Source: an uncultured Butyricicoccus sp. (lineage in GTDB: Bacteria > Bacillota > Clostridia > Oscillospirales > Butyricicoccaceae). Taken from it: 64,000 nt of DNA. Location of the stretch: contig CALWJM010000008.1 of assembly GCA_944381005.1 (NCBI GenBank), forward strand, positions 713 to 64,712. Reading direction: 5' to 3'. Positions 8,173 through 18,624 of this stretch are shown here, piece after piece. Numbering within the stretch: the first letter of the stretch is position 1; each line of letters opens with the position of its first letter. Made by a program: the position numbers and the translations under genes. The notes under the pieces were generated by a model. That model made no database searches. It worked only from the letters and a program-made list of their open reading frames with translations, and was not told the DNA's origin.

Positions 8173-10449
8173 GTGCTTATGCCTGAGGCAATAGAAAAAG
8201 ACTGGATGACCGTCGGCGATTTATATGCACGCGGTTGGACAGACCCCATTATCAAAAAACTGCCTGCGCCCAAACGTGGCCGCAATCCTCACCATATGAA
8301 CAGCAGTAAACTGGTGCGCCTTTGGGCGTGTGCCGATGTTGAGCGCATGGAACGGCGACCAGATATTTGTGCAATGTTGGAACGTGTGGCAAATCGTCGT
8401 GACCAGCGCGAAGAAAAACGCCGGTTACAGCAAATCATGCAGCAGCAGAGGGCGTTTTTGGGCGGGTTGGCGCTGGAAGCAGCGTTTGAGCCGCAGGCAC
8501 TGGAACAGATGACCGAAGGAGATGCCGACGCGATTTTGCTGGTACGTCGTTTACATCAGGGTATTTTATCTGCGTTGCTAGATGGTACCATTCCACCGGT
8601 GCGGTCGCTGACCGAAGCACAGGACGGCTTACGCACGGTGATGGAAATGACAGATGCCAGTATCCGGCACAGTAAATTTTTAAAAAATCCATTGCAGATA
8701 GTCGCCTGTGCGCCGTTTTTGGGGCGTGGACAGACCAAGCGCGAACGCGCTCTGCATCGCCTGATAGCGGGACGGTATACCGCGGCATTGGTGCGCGTGG
8801 CAGCCGTATTATTGTATGAGTATGCGCAGCGTGGACAGCCGATTGCAGTTGGACAGCTCCTGTCTATACCGGATTTTCCAGCACGAAAGCTGCTTGACAA
8901 CTCTCTATACCAAATTTATTTGGTCGATTATATTCCGTCTATGATTCGGGCACAGTTGTCCGATTTGATTACAGTTGACCCCAAAGATGAATACCCGATG
9001 GCGCGCATGATGGAACGGCATTTTATTTTGCATGTGGGCGGCACCAACACCGGCAAAACTTATCAAAGCTTGAATCGTCTGGCACAGGCAGACAGTGGTG
9101 TATATTTGGCACCGCTTCGCTTGCTGGCGCTTGAAGTGCAGGAATCTATGTTGGCACGCGGGGTCAATTGCAGTATGCTGACCGGCGAAGAAGAAGACAT
9201 TCGACCGGGGGCAACACATATTGCCTCTACGGTGGAAAAACTGGACGTAAATCGCGTCTATACTGTTGCGGTGGTGGATGAATGTCAGATGATTGCCGAC
9301 CGCGAACGCGGTTTTGCATGGACACGCGCGATTCTAGGGTGTTGCGCACAGGAGATTCATCTATGTACCGCGCCGGAAGGTCTGTCCATTTTAAAGCAGT
9401 TGATTGAAAGCTGTGGCGAGTGCTATGAAGTGCAGGAACATGCACGCATGGCACCACTCAAGTTGCAGGATAGTCCCATTACGATGGATGAGGTACAGGA
9501 GGGGGATGCACTGATTGCATTTTCCAAGCGAAATGTGTTGTTGCTGGCCGAGCAACTGAGACAAAACGGAATTGCCGCTTCGATTATCTATGGTGCGCTG
9601 CCATATGCCACGCGAAAATTACAGATGGAGCGGTTTTTACGCGGAGAAACCAAGGTGCTCGTTGCGACTGATGCCATTGGCATGGGGCTGAATTTGCCCA
9701 TTCGCCGCATTATCTTTACACGCGACCGCAAATTTGACGGCATCCATAACCGTGCACTGCGACCGGAGGAAATCAAACAAATTGGTGGACGCGCAGGGCG
9801 ATTTGGCGTATATGATGAAGGGTTTGTCACGGCAACGATGGACAGCCCAACCATTTGGGAAGGATTTTGCGCACCGGTCGAGCCAATTACACAGGCAATG
9901 TTGGGCTTTTCTGACTTGGTTTTGCGCGTGGAACACGACCTTTTGGAAGTGCTTCAGGTGTGGAACAGCATTCCAGCGATTGCACCCTATCATAAAATGC
10001 CAATAGACCGATATATTTTTATTTTAAAAACGCTGGAAGATGCACAGTTAGAATTTAGTAAAGAACAGTCCCTGCGTGCAGCGACCATCCCATTTGACGA
10101 GCGGGAACAGGAATTGATGGACTATTTTCTATTGTATTGCAGGCAATATTTGGACGGGCATGAATTGGAATTTCCGCGGCGCGGAAAAGCGTCTTTGGAC
10201 GGGCTGGAACAGTACAGTCAAAGGCTGGATTTATACTATTCTTTCAGCCGTACCTTTCGTCAGCCGATTGATTTGGAGTGGCTGCGCACCGAAAAAGAAA
10301 ACACCGCATTGCAAATCAATGAATTGTTGGTGCGTGAGCTGTCGCAAAAGGGAAAGAGCTGTCAAGTGTGTCATGCACCCATGCCCTTGTCGTCCAAATA
10401 CCGTATTTGCTACAAATGTATGCACAAACACCGCAAAGCCGCGCAGTAA
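8173..10449 (+). CDS. SUV3-like SF2 helicase with extra N-terminal module and C-terminal CxxC..CxxC
   Basis: HVGGTNTGKTY, GVYLAPLRLLALEV, TGEE, STVE, DECQMI..RG.AWTRA, LVATDAIGMGLNL.IRRIIF, QIGGRAGRF match SUV3-family motifs. Confidence 0.9.
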   Translation: MLMPEAIEKDWMTVGDLYARGWTDPIIKKLPAPKRGRNPHHMNSSKLVRLWACADVERMERRPDICAMLERVANRRDQREEKRRLQQIMQQQRAFLGGLALEAAFEPQALEQMTEGDADAILLVRRLHQGILSALLDGTIPPVRSLTEAQDGLRTVMEMTDASIRHSKFLKNPLQIVACAPFLGRGQTKRERALHRLIAGRYTAALVRVAAVLLYEYAQRGQPIAVGQLLSIPDFPARKLLDNSLYQIYLVDYIPSMIRAQLSDLITVDPKDEYPMARMMERHFILHVGGTNTGKTYQSLNRLAQADSGVYLAPLRLLALEVQESMLARGVNCSMLTGEEEDIRPGATHIASTVEKLDVNRVYTVAVVDECQMIADRERGFAWTRAILGCCAQEIHLCTAPEGLSILKQLIESCGECYEVQEHARMAPLKLQDSPITMDEVQEGDALIAFSKRNVLLLAEQLRQNGIAASIIYGALPYATRKLQMERFLRGETKVLVATDAIGMGLNLPIRRIIFTRDRKFDGIHNRALRPEEIKQIGGRAGRFGVYDEGFVTATMDSPTIWEGFCAPVEPITQAMLGFSDLVLRVEHDLLEVLQVWNSIPAIAPYHKMPIDRYIFILKTLEDAQLEFSKEQSLRAATIPFDEREQELMDYFLLYCRQYLDGHELEFPRRGKASLDGLEQYSQRLDLYYSFSRTFRQPIDLEWLRTEKENTALQINELLVRELSQKGKSCQVCHAPMPLSSKYRICYKCMHKHRKAAQ

Positions 10450-10591
10450 AATTTGGTGGAATCGCAAAAGAGTTACTAGAAAATTTACAATTTATCGCAT
10501 GATTTTTGTTGACAATGCCGAGAATACGCAGTATAGTGAACCTGAAAAGGGAGCGGCTTTGGCTGCTGTATGAGAGAAGGAGAAGACCAAC

Positions 10592-11470
10592 ATGAAAAAG
10601 CAGTATACGGGGCCTTGGCGCCTGGCGCATCGCGGCATCAGTCAGGCAGCCCCGGAAAACACGCTTGAGGCCTTTCGCGCAGCATATCATGCAGGCATTG
10701 AGGGATTGGAAATTGATATTCGCATGACGCGGGATGGTGTGATTGTGATTCATCACGACCCGACGCTGGAACGCTTGACCTGTGGTTCGGATACACCGTG
10801 TATACGCGCAGTGGAAGAATGTACTTGGAAAGAACTGTCCGAGTTACAACTGCCGTATGCCAATCATTTAATGGACAACTGGAAACCGGAGGGCGTGCCC
10901 GAAGAGTTAGCGGTCGATGTGATGCGTCAGCTTGGATGTGATGAAGCCCATCCCTATGAACAGGAACGCGTCAGAGAACCGCGAATGGCAAAACTGATGC
11001 GTCTTTCCGACCTGTTTGAGTGGCTCAGCCAATTAACGCGTCGCGTGATAGTGGAGATTGAGTACAAGGCATCTGGAATGATGCCCGAACTTTGTAAGCA
11101 GTTGTCAGCATTCGCAGGGCGCAGCGATTGTATCATTTTTTCGGGAGAACCGGCGCTGATAGATGAGATTCAAGACTATGCGCGCCGTAATCCGTTGCCG
11201 TCTGGTGTCAAACTGGGTGCCAACATCCGCCGATTGACCGAAGCGTGGAAAGAAAAAATTCCAACCATGAAATTGTTTGAAGTTGGGCTTAACATTGAAG
11301 CGCTTGAGCGGGAAGATATTGCTTGGTTGCGTGCCAAAAATATTCTGGTCTTTTCTAACTTGGGAGATACTCCGGAAGGATGGCAAAAAATTTGCACCCG
11401 CAATTTGACCGGCTTTAAAACCAACTATGCAGCACCATTTACAGAATGGTGGCAGGCATGGAAAGAATAA
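10592..11470 (+). CDS. Glycerophosphodiester phosphodiesterase family protein
   Basis: LAHRG, PENTLEAF, LEIDIRMTRDG, IHHD motifs. Confidence 0.9.
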   Translation: MKKQYTGPWRLAHRGISQAAPENTLEAFRAAYHAGIEGLEIDIRMTRDGVIVIHHDPTLERLTCGSDTPCIRAVEECTWKELSELQLPYANHLMDNWKPEGVPEELAVDVMRQLGCDEAHPYEQERVREPRMAKLMRLSDLFEWLSQLTRRVIVEIEYKASGMMPELCKQLSAFAGRSDCIIFSGEPALIDEIQDYARRNPLPSGVKLGANIRRLTEAWKEKIPTMKLFEVGLNIEALEREDIAWLRAKNILVFSNLGDTPEGWQKICTRNLTGFKTNYAAPFTEWWQAWKE

Positions 11471-11476
11471 TCATAT

Positions 11477-11509
11477 AAAAAGAGCGCACCGCTTGAAGGT
11501 GCGCTCTTT
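11477..11509. terminator. Bidirectional terminator
   Basis: AAAAAGAGCGCACC-gcttgaa-GGTGCGCTCTTT between convergent genes. Confidence 0.85.
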
Positions 11510-11547
11510 GTGCTTTGTTCAGGGATATTATCTTTTTATTTTATCTG

Positions 11548-13350
11548 TCAGTCGCATAACAGCGCTTCCAGTTCACTGACCAGAGAATCAAATAAGGTTA
11601 ACGCACTGGCAACCGGTGCAGGCGAAGCCATATCAACGCCAGCCTTGCGCAGCAGGGAAATGGGGTCGGCCGAACAGCCGCTGGACAAAAATGCAAGATA
11701 GTCCTGAACAGCCGGTTGGCCTTGTTCCAAAATGCGCTGAGACAGTGCGATTGCGGCTGCATAGCCAGTCGCATATTGATAAACATAGAAATCGTAATAG
11801 AAATGTGGAATACGCGCCCATTCCAGTGCAATTTCATCGTCCAGTACAATGTCCTCGCCGTAGTAATCGCGGTTGAGCTGGCGATACTTCGCTGACAGTG
11901 TTTCGGCTGTCAGCGCATTGCCCTGCGCAATCTGCTGGCTGCACCACAGTTCAAATTCGGCGAACATGGTTTGACGGTAAATGGTGCCGCGGAACTGTTC
12001 CAGAAAGTAATTTATCAGATAGGCGCGACGGCGCTTGTCGTCGGTCTGGCTCAAAAGATACTGCATCAAAAGGGATTCGTTGCAGGTCGAAGCGACTTCT
12101 GCCACAAAAATCACATAGTTGGCATAGGTGATGGATTGGGTTTTGTTGGATTGATAGGAGTGCAGTGCGTGTCCCATCTCATGCACCAACGTGAACACGT
12201 CGTTCAGGGTGTCGGTGTAATTGAGCAAAACATACGGGTGCGTTCCATACGGGCCGGCCGAATAGGCGCCCGAACGCTTTCCGGGCGTTTCGTATACGTC
12301 AATCCAGTGATTTTGGAATCCTTCTTCTAACAGTTTGCGGTAGTCCTCACCCAGCGGGGCAAGTGCTTCCAATGCCAGTTTTTTGGCATCTTCATATTCA
12401 ATTTCAATGTCTTGGTCGGCTACAATGGGCGTATACAGGTCATAGAAGTGCAATTCATCGACCTGTAACAGCTTTTTACGCAGTCGCACATAGCGGTGCA
12501 TAGCGGGCAGATTTTCGCGTACCGTCTGAATCAGATTGTGGTAGATTTCGACCGGAACTTCGGTGGCATTGAGTGCGGCGTGCAGGGCAGAGTCGTACTT
12601 GCGCGCATCGGAAAAAAATTGCAGTTGCTTCATTTGGGCACTGAGTACAGCCGCAGAGGTGTTACGGTATTGCTGATAGACACTGTATAGCGAACGGAAG
12701 GTGTTTTCGCGCAAGGTGCGGTCGGGCGATTGCAGCAGAGGAACAAAAGTGCCGTGGGTCACACGATGTTTTTTTTCGGTGCTGTCTATTGCATCGGGGA
12801 ACGACATATCAGCATCGTTGAGCATAGAAAAGATGTCGTCGGGGGCTTGGCTCAGTTGTCCGGCGGCAGCCAATAATGCTTCGCACTCTGGGGACAGGGT
12901 ATGCGGCTTTTGGCGACGCACGCGGTCAAGTAATAACCGATAATGCGTCAGTTCGGGAGCAGCGTTGTAAAATTCGGTCAGGGTTTGCTCTGGGATGGCG
13001 AGCAGTTCGGGCGTGGAAAACGCATCAGCCTGACTGGTGGCTACGGCTAGGTTGGTGAATTGTGCGGTCATCTCCTGATAGACCGCATTGCGGGTATCTT
13101 CATCGCTTTTGCGCTGTGCATAATTGCCCAGTGCGTCCAGTTGTCCGCCTAGTTCATCACTAAACTGTAAAAAAGACAACAGTTTTTGGGCGGAATCGGA
13201 TAAATGACCTTCATAGCTGCGCAGTGTGTCCAGTGAGGCCTGTGCCTTGGCGTAACATTCGCGCCATGCCTCGTCAGACGGAAAGATATCGGTCAACGCC
13301 CACTGATATTGTGGGTCGCAATCAGAACGGGATGCAATATTTTTTGGCAT
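11548..13350 (-). CDS. pepF: Oligoendopeptidase F (M3B)
   Basis: WALTDIF start, GKRSGAY, TLVHEMGHALHS (HExxH), AEVAST, WARIPHFY; ATG 13350 with GAGG RBS. Confidence 0.95.
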   Translation of the reverse strand: MPKNIASRSDCDPQYQWALTDIFPSDEAWRECYAKAQASLDTLRSYEGHLSDSAQKLLSFLQFSDELGGQLDALGNYAQRKSDEDTRNAVYQEMTAQFTNLAVATSQADAFSTPELLAIPEQTLTEFYNAAPELTHYRLLLDRVRRQKPHTLSPECEALLAAAGQLSQAPDDIFSMLNDADMSFPDAIDSTEKKHRVTHGTFVPLLQSPDRTLRENTFRSLYSVYQQYRNTSAAVLSAQMKQLQFFSDARKYDSALHAALNATEVPVEIYHNLIQTVRENLPAMHRYVRLRKKLLQVDELHFYDLYTPIVADQDIEIEYEDAKKLALEALAPLGEDYRKLLEEGFQNHWIDVYETPGKRSGAYSAGPYGTHPYVLLNYTDTLNDVFTLVHEMGHALHSYQSNKTQSITYANYVIFVAEVASTCNESLLMQYLLSQTDDKRRRAYLINYFLEQFRGTIYRQTMFAEFELWCSQQIAQGNALTAETLSAKYRQLNRDYYGEDIVLDDEIALEWARIPHFYYDFYVYQYATGYAAAIALSQRILEQGQPAVQDYLAFLSSGCSADPISLLRKAGVDMASPAPVASALTLFDSLVSELEALLCD

Positions 13351-13632
13351 AACAATTCCTCGCTTTCCGGTCGCGGGAGGGGCGACCAGCTCATTTTTCC
13401 ACATTCACTCTAGCATACAACCGCGCCAGAATCTACCATAAAATTGTGAAATATCTTTGAGGGATAACCGTGAAAAGATAAATACATAGATTTCTATTAG
13501 GGTGTTCAATCACACCGATTTCATACCCGAAAAAGGCGCTTTTATGAAAGTTTGATGAACTTATATCCCTGTTTTATTGACTTTGTTGTGAAGTGGCTTT
13601 ATCATAGGAGGCAAAAGAGGTGATAAATACCC

Positions 13633-14244
13633 ATGAATTTGCAGGATTGTATCTTAACACGCCGAAGTGTGCGCAAATTTACACAACAGCCGGTTCAGCA
13701 TGAGACACTTGCGCAGATTGTGTCATTGGCTGCTTTTGCGCCGTCATGGAACAATACACAGGTCAGCCGTTATCTTGTCATAGAGGATAGAGATGAACTA
13801 GACAAGATTGCGCAAATATATGCACCTGAAAATGCAGAAATTTTACAGAGTTGTCCTATCTTGATTGCGCAGACCTTTATCAAAGGGCGTTCGGGTTTTG
13901 AGCACGATGGTTCTTTTGCAACCGACCGTGCGGCAGGATGGCAGTATTATGATTGTGGTTTAGCGGCACAGACTTTTTGCTTGGCTGCGCATGATTTGGG
14001 TTTAGGAACAGTTGTGATGGGGCAATTTGACCGAAAAGGGCTGGAACATTATTTGGAGATTCCCAAAAATCAGGAATTGATGGCTTTGATTGCTTTGGGA
14101 TATCCGGACGAACATCCTTCTGCACCAAGGCGGCAAGATGTGCAATCGCTGTTATCTTATGCGGAAAAGCGTGTCAATGTGCGTGCTAAGGATGGTATAA
14201 ACCTCTTTATACCATCTGGTAAAACAACCGAAATATTCCCTTAA
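13633..14244 (+). CDS. Nitroreductase family protein
   Basis: TRRSVRKF, APSWNNTQ, DCGLAAQTFCLAAHDLGLGT, IALGYP. Confidence 0.92.
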   Translation: MNLQDCILTRRSVRKFTQQPVQHETLAQIVSLAAFAPSWNNTQVSRYLVIEDRDELDKIAQIYAPENAEILQSCPILIAQTFIKGRSGFEHDGSFATDRAAGWQYYDCGLAAQTFCLAAHDLGLGTVVMGQFDRKGLEHYLEIPKNQELMALIALGYPDEHPSAPRRQDVQSLLSYAEKRVNVRAKDGINLFIPSGKTTEIFP

Positions 14245-14245
14245 A

Positions 14246-14263
14246 TTGTGAAATTATTATCAA
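14246..14263. promoter_or_regulatory. Candidate Rex operator upstream of hydrogenase
   Basis: TTGTGAA-ATTA-TTATCAA vs consensus TTGTGAA-N4-TTCACAA (2 mismatches). Confidence 0.5.
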
Positions 14264-14368
14264 ATAATGGGTAATATATGGTGAAGGGATTGATAAAATT
14301 GGTTCCACATATTATACTGAGAACACGGGATTGAAAAAATAGAAGGAACACGGAAAGGAGCCCGCTCA

Positions 14369-15883
14369 ATGCGAGGAGTTTACACAAGTATTAACGAAAT
14401 TCGTCGGCGTGTCTATACCGAGATTGCACGCATGGCATATGAAAGCGAAGATTATGCCAAAACGATGGAGTCGCTGCCATATCAGATTTTGCCCGGTGAA
14501 CATGCCGCTTATCGTGACAGCGTATTTTTAGAGCGCGCAATTATCGGCGAGCGTCTGCGCTTGGCAATGGGTATGCCGGTGCGCACAGCTGCGGCAGATG
14601 CACCGATTTCTGATGGAATCGAGCAAAGCGCAACCATCGAACAGTATTATGAGCCGCCGCTCATCAACATTATTAAGTTCGCCTGCCATTCTTGCCCGGA
14701 GAAGCGCATTATGGTTACAGAGGGCTGTCAGGGCTGTCTGGCGCATCCGTGCACCGAAGTGTGCCCCAAGGATGCCATCCACATTGTCAATGGCCGTTCG
14801 GTGATTGACCAGGATAAGTGCATTAAATGTGGCCGTTGCCAGGATGTTTGCCCGTATAATGCGATTATCAAGCAGGAACGCCCGTGTGCAAAGGCGTGCG
14901 GTGTTAATGCGATTGGTTCGGATGAACACGGCCGCGCGGAAATCAACTATGATAAGTGTGTTTCGTGCGGTATGTGTCTGGTAAATTGCCCGTTTGGTGC
15001 GATTGCAGATAAGGCACAGATTTTCCAGATGATTCAGGCCATGAAGCAGGGCACACCGGTTTATGCGGCTGTGGCACCGGCATTCGTCGGTCAGTTTGGC
15101 CCCAAGGTAACACCAGAGAAACTGCGCGCCGCCATGAAGGCACTTGGTTTTACCGATGTCATTGAAGTTGCGGTGGGTGCGGACATGTGCGCAACACAGG
15201 AAGCAATTGATTTCCTTGACCATGTACCCGACAAGATTCCGTTTATGGCAACTTCCTGCTGCCCGGCATGGTCGGTTATGGCGAAGCAGGAATTCCCCGA
15301 GTTTAAGGACTGTGTTTCCATGGCATTGACCCCCATGGTATTGACCGCTCGTTTGATTAAGAAAAAACATCCGGACGCAAAGGTTGTATTTATTGGGCCT
15401 TGCGCAGCGAAGAAGCTGGAAGCAAGACGCCGTACCGTGCGCAGTGATGTAGATTATGTCCTGACGTTCGAAGAAATGATGGGATTGTTTAATGCTAAGA
15501 ATATCGACTTGGAAACCATTGAAGCCGAGGAGATTTTGTCCAACACCAGCACGGATGGCCGTAACTTTGCGGTCAGCGGCGGTGTTGCCAAGGCGGTCGT
15601 AAACAGCATGAAGAAGCTGGAGCCGGGATGTGAAATCAAGGTTGCCAGTGCACAAGGACTTGCCGAGTGCAAAAAGATGATGATGATGGCCAAGGCGGGC
15701 AAATATGACGGATATCTGCTCGAAGGTATGGCTTGTCCGGGCGGTTGTGTTGCCGGTGCCGGCACCATGCAGCCCATCGCAAAGTCGGCGGCTTCGGTCG
15801 GCATGTATGCCAAGAAAGCACCGCTTGAAATTTGCTGTGATACTCCGTATATGGATGAGCTGGACGACCTGATTGAAGAATAA
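14369..15883 (+). CDS. Monomeric [FeFe]-hydrogenase, group B type
   Basis: Ferredoxin motifs CQGCLAHPC, CIKCGRC, CVSCGMC; H-cluster motifs TSCCPAW, GPCAAKKLE, EGMACPGGCVAG intact. Confidence 0.9.
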   Translation: MRGVYTSINEIRRRVYTEIARMAYESEDYAKTMESLPYQILPGEHAAYRDSVFLERAIIGERLRLAMGMPVRTAAADAPISDGIEQSATIEQYYEPPLINIIKFACHSCPEKRIMVTEGCQGCLAHPCTEVCPKDAIHIVNGRSVIDQDKCIKCGRCQDVCPYNAIIKQERPCAKACGVNAIGSDEHGRAEINYDKCVSCGMCLVNCPFGAIADKAQIFQMIQAMKQGTPVYAAVAPAFVGQFGPKVTPEKLRAAMKALGFTDVIEVAVGADMCATQEAIDFLDHVPDKIPFMATSCCPAWSVMAKQEFPEFKDCVSMALTPMVLTARLIKKKHPDAKVVFIGPCAAKKLEARRRTVRSDVDYVLTFEEMMGLFNAKNIDLETIEAEEILSNTSTDGRNFAVSGGVAKAVVNSMKKLEPGCEIKVASAQGLAECKKMMMMAKAGKYDGYLLEGMACPGGCVAGAGTMQPIAKSAASVGMYAKKAPLEICCDTPYMDELDDLIEE

Positions 15884-15907
15884 GCGACAGTTTTCGCTAT
15901 GAAATGT

Positions 15908-15938
15908 AAAAGAGCGCACTGGAAAGTGCGCTCTTTTT
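15908..15938. terminator. Bidirectional terminator
   Basis: AAAAGAGCGCACT-ggaa-AGTGCGCTCTTTTT. Confidence 0.88.
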
Positions 15939-16025
15939 GCGTGTATGGATAGAAATTACAGATTTTTTGCACAGACAATAAATCTTGCACCGCAAATCAC
16001 GACCGAAACGTGCTGTGTAAACGGT

Positions 16026-16499
16026 TCAAGGCTCGCGGTGAAAGTCTCCCGATTTTCCACCACTTTTGTGCAATAACATGATATCTTGGATGGTCATACC
16101 GCGGTCAACGGCCTTACACATATCGTAGAGCGTCAGAGCCGCAACCGAAACGGCAGTAAGTGCTTCCATTTCAATACCAGTTTTGTGTGTGCAGCGCAGC
16201 GTGCTGATAATGCGTACTTCGGTGTCCGAAATGGGGGTCAAATCAACCGATATGCTTTCGATTAAAATGGGATGGCACATCGGAATCAATTCCCATGTAC
16301 GTTTTGCAGCCATGATGCCCGCGATGCGGGCACACGAGAATACGTCCCCTTTGGGCATTTTTCCGGCTGTAATCAGCTCCAATGTTTTGGCATCCATAGA
16401 TACAATGGCTTGTGCTTGTGCAGTTCGGCGTGTAATATCTTTTTCGCCGACATCTACCATACGGGCAGCTCCCGATTCATCCAAATGAGTCAAAGACAA
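16026..16499 (-). CDS. moaC: Cyclic pyranopterin monophosphate synthase
   Basis: [56 protein letters not shown]; TTG start after AAGGAG. Confidence 0.96.
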   Translation of the reverse strand: MSLTHLDESGAARMVDVGEKDITRRTAQAQAIVSMDAKTLELITAGKMPKGDVFSCARIAGIMAAKRTWELIPMCHPILIESISVDLTPISDTEVRIISTLRCTHKTGIEMEALTAVSVAALTLYDMCKAVDRGMTIQDIMLLHKSGGKSGDFHREP

Positions 16500-16760
16500 A
16501 CAATACCGCTCCTTTGCTTGCTATTTTTATCATTAAATCATTAAAAAAATCATTTGTCAAGCACACGACTGTGCCAGAAAACATGACAAAGTAATATACC
16601 ATAGTTTGCATCTTATAACAAAATCAGAAAAGTCATTTTCGTTGTATTTCTAACGTACAGGGTATAGCGTTTGCGATATAATCAAATCATACAGAGGACA
16701 AGAGCACAGCGGTACAACAAGAAACGCGCTATATTGGAATCGAAAAAGGAGCTTTATAAA

Positions 16761-18392
16761 ATGGAAAACAAAATGTTTTGTTATCAATGTCAGGAAACCG
16801 CGGGATGCAGCGGCTGTACGCACGCAGGTGTATGCGGAAAAACGGCCAAAACGGCAAATTTACAGGATTTATTGTTATATGTAACACGCGGATTGGCGGC
16901 CGTTGCAACACAGCTGCGTGCCGAGGGAAAAGAAGTGCCGCAATCGACCAACAAGTGTGTGACCGAAAATCTATTTGTGACGATTACAAATGCGAATTTT
17001 GATGATGTAGTGATTACAAGAAACATCCATCATACCGTTGAACAGACTCGTATTCTGGCTGCACAGCTGGATGATACCGCAGGATTGCCCGATAGTGCAA
17101 AATGGGATGGTGCAGGTGATTGGGAACAGAAAGCAAAAGAGGTCGGCGTATTGGCGACTGAAAATGAAGATGTGCGCAGTTTGCGCGAATTGATTACCTA
17201 TGGACTCAAAGGTATGGCGGCCTATAATCATCATGTCAATGCCTATGGAACGTTTTTGCCTGAGGTTGACGCATTTTTGCAGCAGGCGCTGGCAAAAACA
17301 CGGGATGATAGCCTATCCGTACAAGATTTGATTGCGCTGACGCTGGAGACTGGAAAGTATGGCGTGAATGTCATGGCGGCGCTGGATAAAGCCAACACGT
17401 CAGCTTATGGCAATCCAACGATTACCAAGGTCAATATTGGTGTGCGCAATCGTCCGGCAATTTTGGTTTCCGGTCACGACTTGCACGATTTAAAGATGCT
17501 GTTGGAACAGACCAAAGATACTGGTGTAGATGTTTATACCCATTCAGAGATGCTGCCGGCACATTATTATCCGGAACTGAAAAAATACCCGCATCTGGTG
17601 GGCAACTACGGAAATGCGTGGTGGAAGCAGCAGGAGGAGTTTGAAGCGTTTGGCGGGCCGATTTTGCTGACAACAAACTGTCTCGTACCGCCAAAGGCGA
17701 GTTACAAAGAGCGAGTATACACAACTGGTGCAGTTGGTTTTGCAGGTTGTAAACACATAGCGGCAGATACCAAGGGGCACAAAGATTTTTCGGCACTGAT
17801 TGCACATGCCAAACAGTGTCCGGCACCGCGCGAGATTGAAACCGGTGAAATTGTGGGCGGATTCGCACACAATCAGGTGCTTGCACTGGCAGATTCGATT
17901 GTAGAAGCAGTCAAGTCTGGTGCTATCAAAAAGTTTGTGGTTATGGCTGGCTGTGATGGCCGCGCAAAATCCAGAAACTATTATACCGAATTTGCCAAGG
18001 CGCTGCCCAAGGATGCTGTGATTCTGACGGCCGGATGTGCAAAATATAAGTATAATAAGCTGGACTTGGGTGATATCGGTGGTATACCGCGTGTGCTTGA
18101 TGCCGGTCAGTGCAATGACTCTTATTCTTTGGCTGTGATTGCGCTCAAACTAAAAGAAGTTTTTGGGTTAGACGATATCAATGACCTGCCGATTGTTTAT
18201 AACATTGCATGGTATGAACAGAAGGCTGTGATTGTACTGCTTGCGCTGCTGCATTTGGGTGTGAAAAATATCCATTTGGGGCCGACACTCCCCGCATTTT
18301 TGTCACCTAATGTTGCCAATGTCTTGGTAGAGAACTTTGGAATTGCCGGAATTTCTACGGTGGAAGAAGACATCAAACAATTCTTTGGTTGA
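16761..18392 (+). CDS. hcp: Hybrid cluster protein (hydroxylamine reductase)
   Basis: [51 protein letters not shown]; ATG 16761 after AAGGAG. Confidence 0.97.
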   Translation: MENKMFCYQCQETAGCSGCTHAGVCGKTAKTANLQDLLLYVTRGLAAVATQLRAEGKEVPQSTNKCVTENLFVTITNANFDDVVITRNIHHTVEQTRILAAQLDDTAGLPDSAKWDGAGDWEQKAKEVGVLATENEDVRSLRELITYGLKGMAAYNHHVNAYGTFLPEVDAFLQQALAKTRDDSLSVQDLIALTLETGKYGVNVMAALDKANTSAYGNPTITKVNIGVRNRPAILVSGHDLHDLKMLLEQTKDTGVDVYTHSEMLPAHYYPELKKYPHLVGNYGNAWWKQQEEFEAFGGPILLTTNCLVPPKASYKERVYTTGAVGFAGCKHIAADTKGHKDFSALIAHAKQCPAPREIETGEIVGGFAHNQVLALADSIVEAVKSGAIKKFVVMAGCDGRAKSRNYYTEFAKALPKDAVILTAGCAKYKYNKLDLGDIGGIPRVLDAGQCNDSYSLAVIALKLKEVFGLDDINDLPIVYNIAWYEQKAVIVLLALLHLGVKNIHLGPTLPAFLSPNVANVLVENFGIAGISTVEEDIKQFFG

Positions 18393-18574
18393 GACAAAAG
18401 AATATAACATTTTGATAAGCAAAAAAGATGCTGATTACGGGTTTGCAGGGTGCATATTCCATGAGCAAACAAAAGAAAGATTAGAAACCAAATTTTAGAT
18501 ACAGCGGGAGAACGCAAAACCACAATCTTTCACAAAAAAGCTGCAATAAAATTGGCAGCACACATAAATGACCG

Positions 18575-18624
18575 AAAAACAGGAAAGACGATGCCTTAAA
18601 AAGGGTAATCTTTCCTGTTTTTTT
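18575..18624 (+). terminator. Terminator downstream of hcp
   Basis: AAAAACAGGAAAGA...TCTTTCCTGTTTTTTT. Confidence 0.7.

Noticed and set aside
14170-14244. ~25-aa C-terminal extension on the nitroreductase running into the hydrogenase promoter region
   Set aside because: Could be a lost stop codon, but length variation is common in the family and no frameshift is evident.
14528-15919. 463-aa ORF antisense to the hydrogenase; similar long antisense ORFs at 598-1386, 31406-32524, 36891-37949, 45245-46177, 49097-49849
   Set aside because: Each lies opposite a well-supported gene, shows no recognisable motif or RBS, and is expected from codon bias of the sense gene.
16500-16620. Possible Moco riboswitch upstream of moaC
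   Set aside because: A TTGACA-17-TTTAAT promoter lies ~60 nt from the start, leaving no room for an aptamer.
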